A DNA stretch of 64,000 nucleotides from assembly GCA_947496715.1 (NCBI GenBank), contig CANMDT010000004.1, positions 2,703 through 66,702 on the forward strand, written 5' to 3'. Positions 1 through 10,699 of the stretch are shown here, in pieces. Both the position numbers and the translations under genes were made by a program. A model generated the notes under the pieces. That model worked only from the letters and a program-made list of their open reading frames with translations, made no database searches and was not told the origin of the DNA. The stretch is from Myxococcales bacterium (GTDB taxonomy: Bacteria; Myxococcota_A; Bradymonadia; REDH01). The number at the start of each line of letters is the position of its first letter. Positions within the stretch are counted from its first letter, which is position 1.

Positions 1-1436
1 CCTGCGCCCGTGCCGCCGAGTGCGATGGCGGCGTTGGTACACTGCGTGTCGTTGGTGCAGTCGGAAGCGCCGCCGCCGCCGCCCACACAGGTGCCACCGG
101 TGCAGCTCTGACCGCTGCCGCAGTCGCCATTGGAGAGGCAGGCGACGCAGGTACAGGCTACGGCGTCGAGGAGAGGTGCATCAAAGGGGCAGTCTGCCTC
201 GGTGAGCGGGCAGGCGGACGCGACGCAGGAGGCAGTGGCGTCGTCACAGACCTGGCCTGTGAGCTCGCAGTTGGTACGGCGCTGAACGGCGCTGTAGTCG
301 CAGGTGCCGCCGACGCAGGCGCCACCGGCGCGGAAGCTGACCCGAACATTGCCATCACAGCTGGTGGGCAGCGCGGGGCAGTCGAGACCGGTCGTGCACC
401 GTCCCGCGGTGGAGACACAGGCACCGGCGGTGCAGATCTCTGTGGCGGTGCAGTTATCGACGAGCGTGGTGGCAGTGCCAGCCGCGTTGCAGCGGTAGGC
501 GTCGCCGCCGTCGCAGAGGAGGGCGTTGGGGGTGCAGATGCTGGCGGCTTGGCAGACGCCGGCGGCGCAGGTTCCGCCGCCCGTGCAAGCGACGAAATCT
601 TCGGAGAGGCCGTCGGCAGCGCAGACCGCCAGGGTCCGGCCGTCGAAGCAGGAGCTGGTGCCCGGCGCGCAGATCTGGGCCTCGCAGGCGGCTCCCGCAG
701 GGCTTGCGGAGCAGACGGTTCCTGTCGGGCAGGGGTTGCGGTCGAAGGCGGAGCCATCGGCGCGGCAGATGAGGAGGTTGTTGCCCTCACAGGCCGAGGC
801 GAAGGGGCTGCAGATTTGCGGCACGATGGCGACGCAGGCGCCTGCCTGGCAGCGCTGGCCGCCTGGGCAGTCGATGTCGGCATCGCAGCCCGCAACACAG
901 CTGCCCGAGGCGAGGTCGCAGCGCTGTCCGGGCTCGCAGTCGGCGTTCCGGTCGCACACGAAACGGCAGGCGCCGTCGACGCAACTCTCGGCGTCGGCGC
1001 AGTCGGTTGCAGTCACGCAGCCGACGCAGATGCGGGCGTCGGGGTCGCAGACGGAGAGGTCGCCCGTGCAGGGGTCGGCGGGACCGCAGGCCTCGCGGCA
1101 CTGTCCGCCGCTGCAGACCTGGCCGCCGCGGCAGTCGAGGTCTACCGTGCAGCCTACGGTGGTGTCGGCGGCGGTGTCGGCGGCGGTGTCGGCGGCGGTG
1201 TCGGCGGCGGTGTCGGTTGCGGTTGTGTCGCCCGTGTTGTCGGTTGTGTCGCCCGTGTTGTCGGTGGTGTCGCCCGTGTTGTCGGTGGTGTCGCCACTGC
1301 TGAGGCCCGTGTCGGTCTCCACCTGGTCGGGGATGGATCCAGTTCGACCGCGCGAGGCGGTCTCAGTCCCGCAGCCGGAGGCGAGCGCGGTAAGTACGGT
1401 CAGCAGGGTGATGTAGCGGAGCGAGAAGGAGCGCAT
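1..1436 (-). CDS. Cys-rich secreted lipoprotein, 3'-partial (runs off window start). Signal MRSFSLRYITLLTVLTALASGC (lipobox LASGC), then (NTGDTTD)x3 and (DTAA)x4 tandem repeats, then many C..C..G.C disulfide-type modules
   Basis: Reverse translation from ATG (cat at 1434-1436) gives a clean open frame to position 1. Not in the ORF track because no stop lies within the window. The + strand ORFs 526..1416 and 549..1547 are its mirror-frame artefacts. Confidence 0.6.
   Translation of the reverse strand, partial: MRSFSLRYITLLTVLTALASGCGTETASRGRTGSIPDQVETDTGLSSGDTTDNTGDTTDNTGDTTDNTGDTTATDTAADTAADTAADTAADTTVGCTVDLDCRGGQVCSGGQCREACGPADPCTGDLSVCDPDARICVGCVTATDCADAESCVDGACRFVCDRNADCEPGQRCDLASGSCVAGCDADIDCPGGQRCQAGACVAIVPQICSPFASACEGNNLLICRADGSAFDRNPCPTGTVCSASPAGAACEAQICAPGTSSCFDGRTLAVCAADGLSEDFVACTGGGTCAAGVCQAASICTPNALLCDGGDAYRCNAAGTATTLVDNCTATEICTAGACVSTAGRCTTGLDCPALPTSCDGNVRVSFRAGGACVGGTCDYSAVQRRTNCELTGQVCDDATASCVASACPLTEADCPFDAPLLDAVACTCVACLSNGDCGSGQSCTGGTCVGGGGGASDCTNDTQCTNAAIALGGTGA
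1161..1290 (-). repeat. coding tandem repeats: (ggtgtcggcggc)x4 [DTAA] and 21-bp unit x3 [NTGDTTD]
   Basis: Directly visible periodicity in DNA. Confidence 0.8.
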
Positions 1437-1561
1437 GGCGGCACCCTGAGATGGGTCAGATTGGTTGTCCGACAGGTAGTGAGAATGGACATCGGCGGCA
1501 ATCAGATAGCACGCGGCCAGTTTGACACCCCACCTGCGCTGCGGTAGCGCGCGTAGGCGTC

Positions 1562-3135
1562 TTGGAGCCAAGCTCGGGAACAGACAGATTGCGCGGAGCC
1601 GGCGTGAGCGATCCTCAGAAGACCCAGCAGTTTGGAGCAGAGACGAGCGCCTTGGACGCCATCGGTGAGACGGTGGAGTCGGCTGTACAGCTGCCTGCCG
1701 ATCCGCTCATCGGCACGGTGTTCGACGGCAAGTATGTCATTGATGCGCTCATCGGCGTCGGCGGCATGGGCAAGGTCTACCGCGGCCGGAACCTCCGCAC
1801 CGAGCACTCCATTGCCATCAAGACGCTCATGCCGGAGCTGGTGCACGACGAATCCCTCGTTCTGCGTTTTGAGGTCGAGGCCAAGGCCGCCAGTAACCTG
1901 TCGCATCCGAACACCATCCGGGTCTATGACCATGGCAACGAGGGCAAGCTGCTCTGGATGGTGATGGAGCTTCTCGACGGGATCTCGCTCGAGCGGGCGC
2001 TTAACATCGAGCGGGCGATCGAGCCGCGTCGCCTCATCGGCCTGATGCGTCAGGTCTGCGCGTCGCTCGCTGAGGCGCACGGCAAAGGCCTGATTCACCG
2101 TGATCTCAAGCCCGACAACATCTTCCTCAACCGCGCCGGCGGCGAGGCAGACTTTGTGAAGGTGCTCGACTTCGGTGTCGCCAAACTCAAAGACCCCAAG
2201 TTCGGCAGCGAGAAGCTAACGCAGGCTGGGATGATCTTCGGGACGCCGCGCTACATGTCGCCAGAGCAGGCGCGCGCCAAGGAGCTCGATGAGCGTTCCG
2301 ACATCTACGCGCTCGGCGTGATCATGTTTGAGTGCCTTACGGGCAAGGCGCCCTTTGAGGCAGCTGACCCGATTGGCGTGCTGGTGAAACATTGCAACGA
2401 GCCCGTGCCGACCTTCGCTTCGGTGAACCCGTCGTTGGTCATCGACCCGGTCTTTGAGGAGATCGTCAGGCGCTGCCTCTCCAAGAAGCCTGAGCAGCGC
2501 CCAGCAACGGTGAAGGTGCTGCGCGCGGAGCTTGATGCGCTCGATATTCGACTAGCCTCGGGCCAGCCGGCGCCAGACAACGCCACCCGCCAGCTCGACC
2601 TCGGTGCATCGCCCGAGGAGACGCACCGTGACCAGAAAGCGCCCGACACCTTTGACCGGCTTGGAATCACCCAGCAGAGCGGCCGCCAGCCCGCCAATCC
2701 ATCCATCCTCATGAACTCCGAGTCGCACCGAGCTGCGCACGACAAGGCTCCGTTGGGGCTCATTTTAATGGGGGCGCTCGCTGTGCTGGTGGCAGGGGCC
2801 ACCGCGCTCGTCTTCTTCTCCAAGAATGACGAGACGGTTGTCGCGCCGGCACCGGCTCCCGCGGCGGTGGTTGCCCCGCCAGTCGTTGCGCCGTTGGCTC
2901 CGCCTGCGGCCTTGGCTGCGCCTTCAGGCTCCGGCTCCGGCTCCGGCTCGATGCCCGAGGCAGTTCTACCTTCTTCCGCTCCCGTCGCGGAGCCGGCTGC
3001 AGCAACGCTTCCGGCAAAGGCCGAGAGCAGCAAGGTTGGGGCAAAGGAGGCAACGCTGGCGCCTAAGGCGTCGAAGCCTGCGGTGAAGGTGGCAAAGCCC
3101 GGGCCCAACTCGGGTGTCGAAAAGGACCCCTACGA

Positions 3136-3139
<4 letters not shown>
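1562..3139 (+). CDS. Hanks-type Ser/Thr protein kinase with C-terminal TM helix and Pro/Ala/GS-rich extracytoplasmic tail
   Basis: Gly loop [37 protein letters not shown] segment [22 protein letters not shown]. Confidence 0.9.
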
Positions 3140-3909
<770 letters not shown>

Positions 3910-3964
3910 GGCTGTGATAAACTCCACGAGAGCGGGTCGCGCCCCATAGCAAATCGGTGTTGAT

Positions 3965-4729
3965 TCAGCGAGTGTCGGCGGGCGGTTGTGTGGTGACTTC
4001 GCCCGCGTGGAGGGTGCGGAGGCCATCGGCGGTCCTCACGAGGAGTCCGCCATCCTGCGCGATGCCCTCTGCGGTGCCGGAGGTGGCAGCGTCACCTTCG
4101 CCGAACCAGACCTGCCGGCCGCGGATGGAGTCGAGCTCTGCCCAGCGCGCGAGCAGGCGTTCGGGCGGTGCTGTGGTGAGCGCTTCGGCGGCGGCGACGA
4201 TGGCGTCGCGGAGCGCCGCGGCGAGGCCGTCGAGGTCGGCTTCGGTGCGGCCTGTTTCGAGGAAGAGGGAGGTGGCGCGCCCGGCGAGCTCTGCACCAAG
4301 TTCGCCTTCGTCGGCGTTGATGTTGAGACCAATCCCGATGACGACGCCGGCAAAGCGACCTCCATTGGTGACCCCCTCACAGAGGATGCCGCCGCACTTT
4401 CGCCTGCCGAAGACCAGATCGTTGGGCCACTTTAGGCCGACCGGGGCATCGTAGCGGTCGCGGAGGAGGTCAGCACAGGCGACGCCTGCGGCGAGGGGGA
4501 TGCGGGGCGCGAGTGCGAACCACTCCGGGCCGGCGAGCACGACCGAGAGGGTGAGGCCGGAGTCGGGCGGCGCCGTCCAACTCCGTCCGAGCCGTCCGCG
4601 CCCCGCGGTCTGACTGCGGGCCCGGAGCGCCCGCCCGTGGAGGCAGCCCGCGCGGAGCCACTCCGCTGCGATGCGGTTGGTGCTGTCGACCTCGTCCCAG
4701 CACTCCACAGGGGGGAGCGGCCTGGTCAT
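3965..4729 (-). CDS. birA: biotin--[acetyl-CoA-carboxylase] ligase (no N-terminal HTH, group I)
   Basis: GRGRLGRSW and KWPNDL motifs. ATGA overlap with the upstream nadC stop. Confidence 0.8.
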   Translation of the reverse strand: MTRPLPPVECWDEVDSTNRIAAEWLRAGCLHGRALRARSQTAGRGRLGRSWTAPPDSGLTLSVVLAGPEWFALAPRIPLAAGVACADLLRDRYDAPVGLKWPNDLVFGRRKCGGILCEGVTNGGRFAGVVIGIGLNINADEGELGAELAGRATSLFLETGRTEADLDGLAAALRDAIVAAAEALTTAPPERLLARWAELDSIRGRQVWFGEGDAATSGTAEGIAQDGGLLVRTADGLRTLHAGEVTTQPPADTR

Positions 4730-5610
4730 GGTGTGGAGATGGTCTCGAGCAGCGCCGCGGAGGCGTAGCTGCCGCCGATGGTGAGGCTGATGTCAGCGGC
4801 CGGCGCGGAGTGGGTGAGCCAGCCCGACGAGACATAGTCGAGACCGGCGGTACCGAGCGCCTCGATGGTGGCGAGGGTCACGTTGCCCGAAGCCTCGAGC
4901 CTGATGCGGCCGCGGTAGGTGTCTGCAATGCGCCGGAGCTGTTCTAGGGGCATGTTATCGAGGAGCATGGCATCTGCGCCTGCTGCGACGGCCTGGGCGG
5001 CCTCCTCTTCGTTGCGGACCTCTACCTCAATCATGGTGAGGAAGGGGGCGCGCGCACGGACCTTCGCGACGGCGGCAGCGATGCCACCGGCTGCGTCGAT
5101 GTGGTTGTTCTTGAGCATGGCCCCGGACGAGAGGTCGAGCCGGTGGTTGTGGCCTCCGCCCATGCGGACCGCATGCTTTTCGAGCGAGCGGAATCCCGGC
5201 GTTGTCTTGCGTGTATCGAGCAGTTTGGTCCCGCTGCCATGGAGCGCTGCGGCAAAGGTGGCGGTGGTGGTCGCAACGCCTGAGAGCTTGCGCAGAAAGT
5301 TGAGCGCCGCCCGTTCGCCGCGAAGGATGGAGCGGATGGGTCCGGTGACCGTCCCAAAGGCGCCCGTGCCGATGCGCTGGCCGTCCTGCGCGAGCCAGGT
5401 GACGGCGAGCCGCGGGTCGACCTGCTGCAAGACAGCCTCTGCGATGGTGCAGCCTGCGAGCACCAGCTCCTGCTTGGCGCGGAAGGTGGCGGAGCCGGTT
5501 GTGTCGGCGTCGAAGATGGCGTCGCTCGTGATGTCTCCGCCATGAAGATCTTCTTCGAGCGAGAGGGCGATGAGCTGTCGAACGGCGGGCGTGAGGAGCG
5601 AGGCATCCAT
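4726..5610 (-). CDS. nadC: nicotinate-nucleotide pyrophosphorylase (quinolinate phosphoribosyltransferase)
   Basis: QPRTase-like sequence (…LDTRKTTPGFR…, GGGHNHR, LLDNM). Start set at the internal ATG 5610 (MDASLL, 294 aa). Track ORF start 5844 adds a 78-aa Pro/Arg-rich extension, and ATG 5655 is an alternative. Confidence 0.8.
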   Translation of the reverse strand: MDASLLTPAVRQLIALSLEEDLHGGDITSDAIFDADTTGSATFRAKQELVLAGCTIAEAVLQQVDPRLAVTWLAQDGQRIGTGAFGTVTGPIRSILRGERAALNFLRKLSGVATTTATFAAALHGSGTKLLDTRKTTPGFRSLEKHAVRMGGGHNHRLDLSSGAMLKNNHIDAAGGIAAAVAKVRARAPFLTMIEVEVRNEEEAAQAVAAGADAMLLDNMPLEQLRRIADTYRGRIRLEASGNVTLATIEALGTAGLDYVSSGWLTHSAPAADISLTIGGSYASAALLETISTP

Positions 5611-5735
5611 GCGGAAGATCCCTTCATGCAAAGGAGTAGGCAGCCGCTCTTGCATAGCAGGGCGGGCGCCGCAAAGATCCGGCAGCGCGTGATCGGAGGC
5701 GAAGGGTGAAGCGACGCATGAGTGAGGGAGTTTGG

Positions 5736-7100
5736 ATGCCGTCCGCGGCCTTCGTGCAGTGGACCACGCTGATGCTCGTGGCCATGCCTGCGGCTGCTGG
5801 GCCGCCTTCAACGGCCGCCGCCGAAGCGTCGGAGCAAGTCGCATCCGGACCAGCCGACGCGGAGGCGCTGCAGGCGATGAGCGACCGCGTGGCAGGCGAG
5901 GTCGCGACCCTTCGAAGGCTCCCGCTCCTGCGGCCCGTGGAGCGCCGTGTAGAGGCCCGCGCGGGGCTCCGGCTCCGCCTTGAGCAGATGACCCGCGAGG
6001 AGGTGGCGCCCGACCTGCTGGAGGCCGCCGACCGGCTCCTGCACCGGCTCCGGCTTCTCCGCCCGGAGCAGCGCTATGAGCAGGTGATGCTCAAACTGCT
6101 CGGCGATGAGATCGCCGGCTTCTACGACCCGCGCGCCAAGACCTTCTTCATCCTCTCCGACATGCCGGAATCGGCGCAGGTCGGCATCATGTCGCACGAG
6201 CTCCATCATGCGCTCCAGGATCAACACTTCGGCATCGATCGCGTGCGTGGCTACGGCGACCGGGTGCAGGATGTGGGGCTCGCCACCTCCGCGCTCCTCG
6301 AGGGCGATGCGGTGGCGACGATGCTGATGTACCCGTCGGGGGAGCTCTCCGCCTCTCCGCTGCTTCTCGACAAGCTGATGTCGGCCTCGATGCAGGCCGC
6401 GGCGGCACCGGCCGGCCTCTCGGAGACCATCTGGCAGTCGCTCCTTTTTCCCTACGCGGGTGGCCTCTCCTTTGTGACCGCGGTGGCCGACGCGAGGGGG
6501 TGGGAGGGTGTGACGGAGCTCTATGCTTCGCCGCCACAATCTACGGAGCAGGTGCTTCATCCCGAGCGCTACCTCGACCGCGACGAGCCCACCTGGCTCG
6601 AGCATCCGAGCCCGCTGTCCGGGGCAGAGCGCTACGCGGTGGATGTCATGGGGGAGTGGATGGTGCGCTCGCTGCTCGGCGAGTGGGTGGGCCAGTCTGT
6701 GGCGCCCGCGGCTCTCTCACGCGCGGCGGCGGGCTGGGACGGCGACAGGCTATCGGCCTGGCGCTTCGCGGGCAGCGACCGGGAGATGGTGACCTGGCTG
6801 CTGGTCTGGGACAGCGAGGAGGAGGCCGCCTCATTCGCCAGCATGGGTCCGCTGCTGGCCACCTGGTGGACAGGCGGCGCGCCGGTGACGAGCGAGGGTG
6901 CCCACGGCAGCAGCGTCACGGCCGGTGGCACCTGCTCGGCCTTTCGGCTTGAGCGCTGGGGCGACCTCACCGCCCTCATCCTGGACGAGGGTTGCGGGGT
7001 TGCACATGAGGCGCGCGCAGCGGAGCTCTCGCGTGCTGCGGAAGTGATGCTCTGCGGTGCCGAGCGCCTCCGCTATCCGGCGGCACCCGACGGGCCGTAG
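5736..7100 (+). CDS. secreted HExxH-motif protein (putative Zn-dependent peptidase-like), function unknown
   Basis: Signal-like MPSAAFVQWTTLMLVAMPAAAG after GAGGGAG SD. Motif SHELHHALQDQH. High GC3. Confidence 0.6.
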   Translation: MPSAAFVQWTTLMLVAMPAAAGPPSTAAAEASEQVASGPADAEALQAMSDRVAGEVATLRRLPLLRPVERRVEARAGLRLRLEQMTREEVAPDLLEAADRLLHRLRLLRPEQRYEQVMLKLLGDEIAGFYDPRAKTFFILSDMPESAQVGIMSHELHHALQDQHFGIDRVRGYGDRVQDVGLATSALLEGDAVATMLMYPSGELSASPLLLDKLMSASMQAAAAPAGLSETIWQSLLFPYAGGLSFVTAVADARGWEGVTELYASPPQSTEQVLHPERYLDRDEPTWLEHPSPLSGAERYAVDVMGEWMVRSLLGEWVGQSVAPAALSRAAAGWDGDRLSAWRFAGSDREMVTWLLVWDSEEEAASFASMGPLLATWWTGGAPVTSEGAHGSSVTAGGTCSAFRLERWGDLTALILDEGCGVAHEARAAELSRAAEVMLCGAERLRYPAAPDGP

Positions 7101-7103
7101 CGG

Positions 7104-8144
7104 TTATTCGAGCGGGCCGGCGTCGAGCTGGATCTCGATGAACTTGCCGAATTCGCCGCCGATGTAGGCAGCGACATTGGCGTCACTCTTGGAGAAGCCG
7201 TCGGTGCGCTTCTCGCGGTTCACGAGGATGATCACGCCGAAGGCCCGCTCGCCTGACTGGATGGGGGCGACGAGGACCGACTGCTCTGCGAAGCCGAGCT
7301 GCTCGTTGAGCGGCGCCGCGTTTCGGACATCCTTGGCCGGCTCGAAGACGCTGATGACGCGGCCGCCCTGCACGGCCAGCGAGGCCAGACCGCGGTCCAT
7401 CGGCACGGTGTGGTCCAGCATCTTCTTGATGCCCTGACCGCGGCTCTGGGCGCAGTAGAAGGTGCCTCCGCCGTCGGAGGCGAAGAAGACGCTGGTGTTG
7501 GCCGAGGGGATAAGGCGGGCCGTCAGGTCGGCGATGAAGTCGATACCGTCCTCGATCTCCATGTTGCGCTCGAAGAGTGCGGGCAGCTCGAGGAAGGCAT
7601 CCTCGAGCGCGGCGTTCTCGTCATACGAGGCGGTCGGGGAGAGGTCGGGCTTGAGGATCTCGTGCTTCGAACTGGTGGGGCGGTTGGACTCCGAGAGGAT
7701 GCGGACGGGGCCGCCAGACTCGCCATCAAGGACCGGCGCGGGTTCGATCGGGGCGCGGCCCGTAGCGGCACCGATGGCACGGAAGGTGCCGGTATTCTTG
7801 TCCTTGAAACCGGCAGGCTTGCCGATGTGAGGCACCTGCAGTTTGTCGGTGGGGGGCCTCGAAGGAATGGCAGCGAAGGCGCCCGTGACGGCGGCCTGAA
7901 TGACCTTGGCCGAACCCTTGGCGTCGGGGATCTTCTTCACGCGGAAGGTGAGCTTGAGCCCCGGGTGCATGACGGTGGTCTCGTCCTCGCCAATCTCCAC
8001 GGCACAGCCCTCTAGGCCGGTGAAGTTGAGCGTGGTCTGCCGGATGCCGGTGATGAGCGCGCGCCGCCAGTTGTCTGCGTCAATCTGGTAGGTGGTGTCG
8101 TAGCCGCCGTCACCGCTCGCAGGAATGAAAACCTCAAAGATCAT
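7104..8144 (-). CDS. GAF-domain protein with ~190-aa N-terminal domain of unknown function
   Basis: C-terminal GAF-like region (…GRVISVFEPAKD…AFGVIILVNREKRTDGFSKSD…). Start set at ATG 8144 (MIFEVFIPASG), preceded by GAGAG. Confidence 0.7.
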   Translation of the reverse strand: MIFEVFIPASGDGGYDTTYQIDADNWRRALITGIRQTTLNFTGLEGCAVEIGEDETTVMHPGLKLTFRVKKIPDAKGSAKVIQAAVTGAFAAIPSRPPTDKLQVPHIGKPAGFKDKNTGTFRAIGAATGRAPIEPAPVLDGESGGPVRILSESNRPTSSKHEILKPDLSPTASYDENAALEDAFLELPALFERNMEIEDGIDFIADLTARLIPSANTSVFFASDGGGTFYCAQSRGQGIKKMLDHTVPMDRGLASLAVQGGRVISVFEPAKDVRNAAPLNEQLGFAEQSVLVAPIQSGERAFGVIILVNREKRTDGFSKSDANVAAYIGGEFGKFIEIQLDAGPLE

Positions 8145-8166
8145 GGTCGCTCTCTCACGAAGAAGG

Positions 8167-8412
8167 TCAGGATTTGCTGCAGCCACAGGAGCCGGAAGAA
8201 CAGCCTCCGCCAGCCGCTTCACCGTCGATGTCGTATCCCATGGCAACAAGCGCCTTCGCAGAACGATTCCTGCGCTGGTTCTCGGTGGGATCAACAGCTC
8301 CGCCGCAGCGGAGACAGCCGTAGCACCACGCCCCCGAAGGGTCTAGGTCTGCGTGCAATACGACATCGCGCTTGCATGCGGGACAGAAGGAGGTGGGGAG
8401 AGTTGTCTGCAT
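8167..8412 (-). CDS. small (82 aa) zinc-ribbon-like Cys-rich protein, C-terminal GGGCSSGSCGCSKS tail; uncertain gene
   Basis: CPAC-x17-CYGC-xx-C pattern. Sits between two co-oriented genes with 22- and 26-bp gaps. Weak SD and GC3 (~60%) well below neighbours, so low confidence. Confidence 0.3.
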   Translation of the reverse strand: MQTTLPTSFCPACKRDVVLHADLDPSGAWCYGCLRCGGAVDPTENQRRNRSAKALVAMGYDIDGEAAGGGCSSGSCGCSKS

Positions 8413-8438
8413 GAGAGGGGCCGCGGGAGCAGGTTTGA

Positions 8439-10571
8439 CTAGTTGGGGTGGCAGCCGTCGCCGCCACAGAGGTCGACAATCTCGCCTGTACGGAAGAAGG
8501 TGTCCATCTGTTCGTTGTGGAGGTCGAAGGCACGCGGCTTTCCGTGCGGGTCGCCGTTGACGGCGTCGGTCTCCGGAGGATGGTTGCCTGGCGTCGGCCA
8601 TTCGTTGCCGAAGTCCCAGAGGACAATGCCGCTACCTGCGCGTGGGTAGGCAGCCTCGGTCGCCAGCGAGACGGTGCGCTCGTCGTCGTAGTTGGCCATG
8701 ATCGGGATGCCGATCTCGGTGCGGGCCACCACCTCCATCGTGATCGGAGAGACGAGATAGTCGCCCTTGGCAGGGCCTGCGAGGATCACATGCGGCGGCG
8801 TGCCGGCATAGGGTTGCGCGGTGATGTGGCGGTAGTGGCTGACCGAGTCGGTCGAGTCCCAAAGCAACTGCACCGTGGAGAGCGCTACGGCGACGTTGTT
8901 CGGCGTGCGAAGCGCGCCCTTGAGCGCAACGAAGAACTGGTCGAAGGCGCCCGAACGGTGGAGGAAGGAGGTGAAGTTCTGGCCGGGAACGCCAACATGG
9001 CCGCGCGCAACATCGGTGCTGAGCGCCATGTAGGTGGCTCCGAGGATGCCGCCCTGCGAGATGCCCGAGTAGTACATCTCGCTGTTGTCGACCGTGATGT
9101 TGCGGCTGGTGAAGGGCTCAAAGGCAGGAGCCTGCGTCTTCATGAGCCGGCCGAGCGCGAGGAAGTTCACGATGCCCTGCTGGAGCCGGTCGGTGAGCCA
9201 GACAAAGCGGTTGAGGTCGAAGACCATGAAGTTGGCGCGACCGTAGTCCTCCTCCGCCATGCCGGCCCAGCTGGTCGAGAAGTAGATGAGGTGGTGGTCG
9301 AAGGCGACCTTGTCGATGGCCGGTCCAATGATCTCCGCACCTGAGCCGAAGAGCCCATGGCCGAACTGAACGAGCCGGTTGGGCTTGGCGGGGTCGGGAG
9401 CTCCCACGGCGGAGCGGGGGACGCGGATCCAGATCGGCATCTCCGTGGTGCCGGACGAAGTTACGCGGTCATCAGCATCGCGGCGCAGGATGTAGCCCGT
9501 CACGCCATCGGTGCCCTGGTAGAAGGTCTTCTCTTCGGTGTAGTTCGGGATCTGGAAGGTGCCCTGCATGTCGAAGGCGATGTAGGGGTTCTCCGCCCCG
9601 GAGTAGGCGGTGATCTGCGTCACGGTGAGGGCGCTGGCCGCAGGGTCTGCATCGATGGCGGCCAGCACCTCGTCGCGCATGCGTAGGATGTCGCTGTGCA
9701 TGTTCTCGCCGCTCATGGTGTTGAAGTCCCATGCAAGCGTGAGCGAGGCGCGGTCGATTCCTGCGGCCTCGAGCGGTCCGAAGACCGCCTCGTCGAAGTG
9801 GGCTGCCCGCGCTGCGACGCGATCGTCGCAGTCGATGCGGCCATCGCGAAGCGCAGCGAAGGCCGCCGACACTGCGATGGCTTGGCCGCTCGTGTCGGAG
9901 AGGTTGCGGAAGGCGACGATGTAACGGGTTGCCTCTTCGAGGATCACACCCGGACGCACAAACAGCGTCTTCTTCGCCGGATCGGGGTCCTGCGAATCGA
10001 GCTCGACGAAGTAGGGGACGCGGCTCAGCGAGCCGTCTTCAGCGACCTTGAACCAGAGCAACTTTGCATCGTCCGCGAGAGAAGGGCTGAGGTCGCGCTC
10101 GTCCGCCATACCGGTCGTGTCGAGGTTGGCGAAGCGAACCAGCAGCGGTGTGCCGACGCTGTAGCCGTCGCGGCGCGCGTAGGGGGTTGGGTCGATGTGG
10201 ATGTTCTGGAAGTTCTTGGGCAGGGTTGTCGCACCGAAGGCGAGGCGCTTGCCGGTCGCGCTGGCATCATCATCTGCGAGGTAGAGGTTGGAGGGCCACG
10301 GCATCGCGCAGTGGCCATCGTTGAGCGGGTCGCAATCCGGATTGGCCGCGTCTCCTTCCTGAGGCTCACGTGGGGCGCAGGCCTGCGCGGAGCCGTCACT
10401 GTCGCCCGTATCGGTCGTGGTGTCGGCGGCGCTGCCGCCTGTGTCGGCGCTGGTGTCGGACGAACCGTCTGGCGTCGTATCGGCTTCGGTGGTCGACTGC
10501 TTGCTGTCGTCAGAGCATCCGATGACGAGCAACGGCACGAGAAAAGCGGTCCAACGGGTTTGCAGACGCAT
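8439..10571 (-). CDS. secreted lipoprotein, alpha/beta-hydrolase fold (esterase/lipase-like)
   Basis: Lipobox LLVIGCS, acidic D/T/S linker, nucleophile elbow GISQGG. Confidence 0.8.
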   Translation of the reverse strand: MRLQTRWTAFLVPLLVIGCSDDSKQSTTEADTTPDGSSDTSADTGGSAADTTTDTGDSDGSAQACAPREPQEGDAANPDCDPLNDGHCAMPWPSNLYLADDDASATGKRLAFGATTLPKNFQNIHIDPTPYARRDGYSVGTPLLVRFANLDTTGMADERDLSPSLADDAKLLWFKVAEDGSLSRVPYFVELDSQDPDPAKKTLFVRPGVILEEATRYIVAFRNLSDTSGQAIAVSAAFAALRDGRIDCDDRVAARAAHFDEAVFGPLEAAGIDRASLTLAWDFNTMSGENMHSDILRMRDEVLAAIDADPAASALTVTQITAYSGAENPYIAFDMQGTFQIPNYTEEKTFYQGTDGVTGYILRRDADDRVTSSGTTEMPIWIRVPRSAVGAPDPAKPNRLVQFGHGLFGSGAEIIGPAIDKVAFDHHLIYFSTSWAGMAEEDYGRANFMVFDLNRFVWLTDRLQQGIVNFLALGRLMKTQAPAFEPFTSRNITVDNSEMYYSGISQGGILGATYMALSTDVARGHVGVPGQNFTSFLHRSGAFDQFFVALKGALRTPNNVAVALSTVQLLWDSTDSVSHYRHITAQPYAGTPPHVILAGPAKGDYLVSPITMEVVARTEIGIPIMANYDDERTVSLATEAAYPRAGSGIVLWDFGNEWPTPGNHPPETDAVNGDPHGKPRAFDLHNEQMDTFFRTGEIVDLCGGDGCHPN

Positions 10572-10699
10572 GCGGCGCTCCGGTCAATCTGGCAGGGAGA
10601 TGCCCCGCAGTCACAGTTGTCTCATTGTCAGAACGATGACGTTTCGTCCATTTTGGTGTGCGCCCGCCCTCCGATCGCGACAAACATTCGACGCTCCTG

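Noticed and set aside
158-1547. ORFs 158..898(-), 526..1416(+), 549..1547(+), 787..1101(-), 1007..1303(+)
   Set aside because: All are alternative-frame readings of the single Cys-rich lipoprotein gene (1..1436, minus). Their products are Ala/Pro/Arg homopolymer-like
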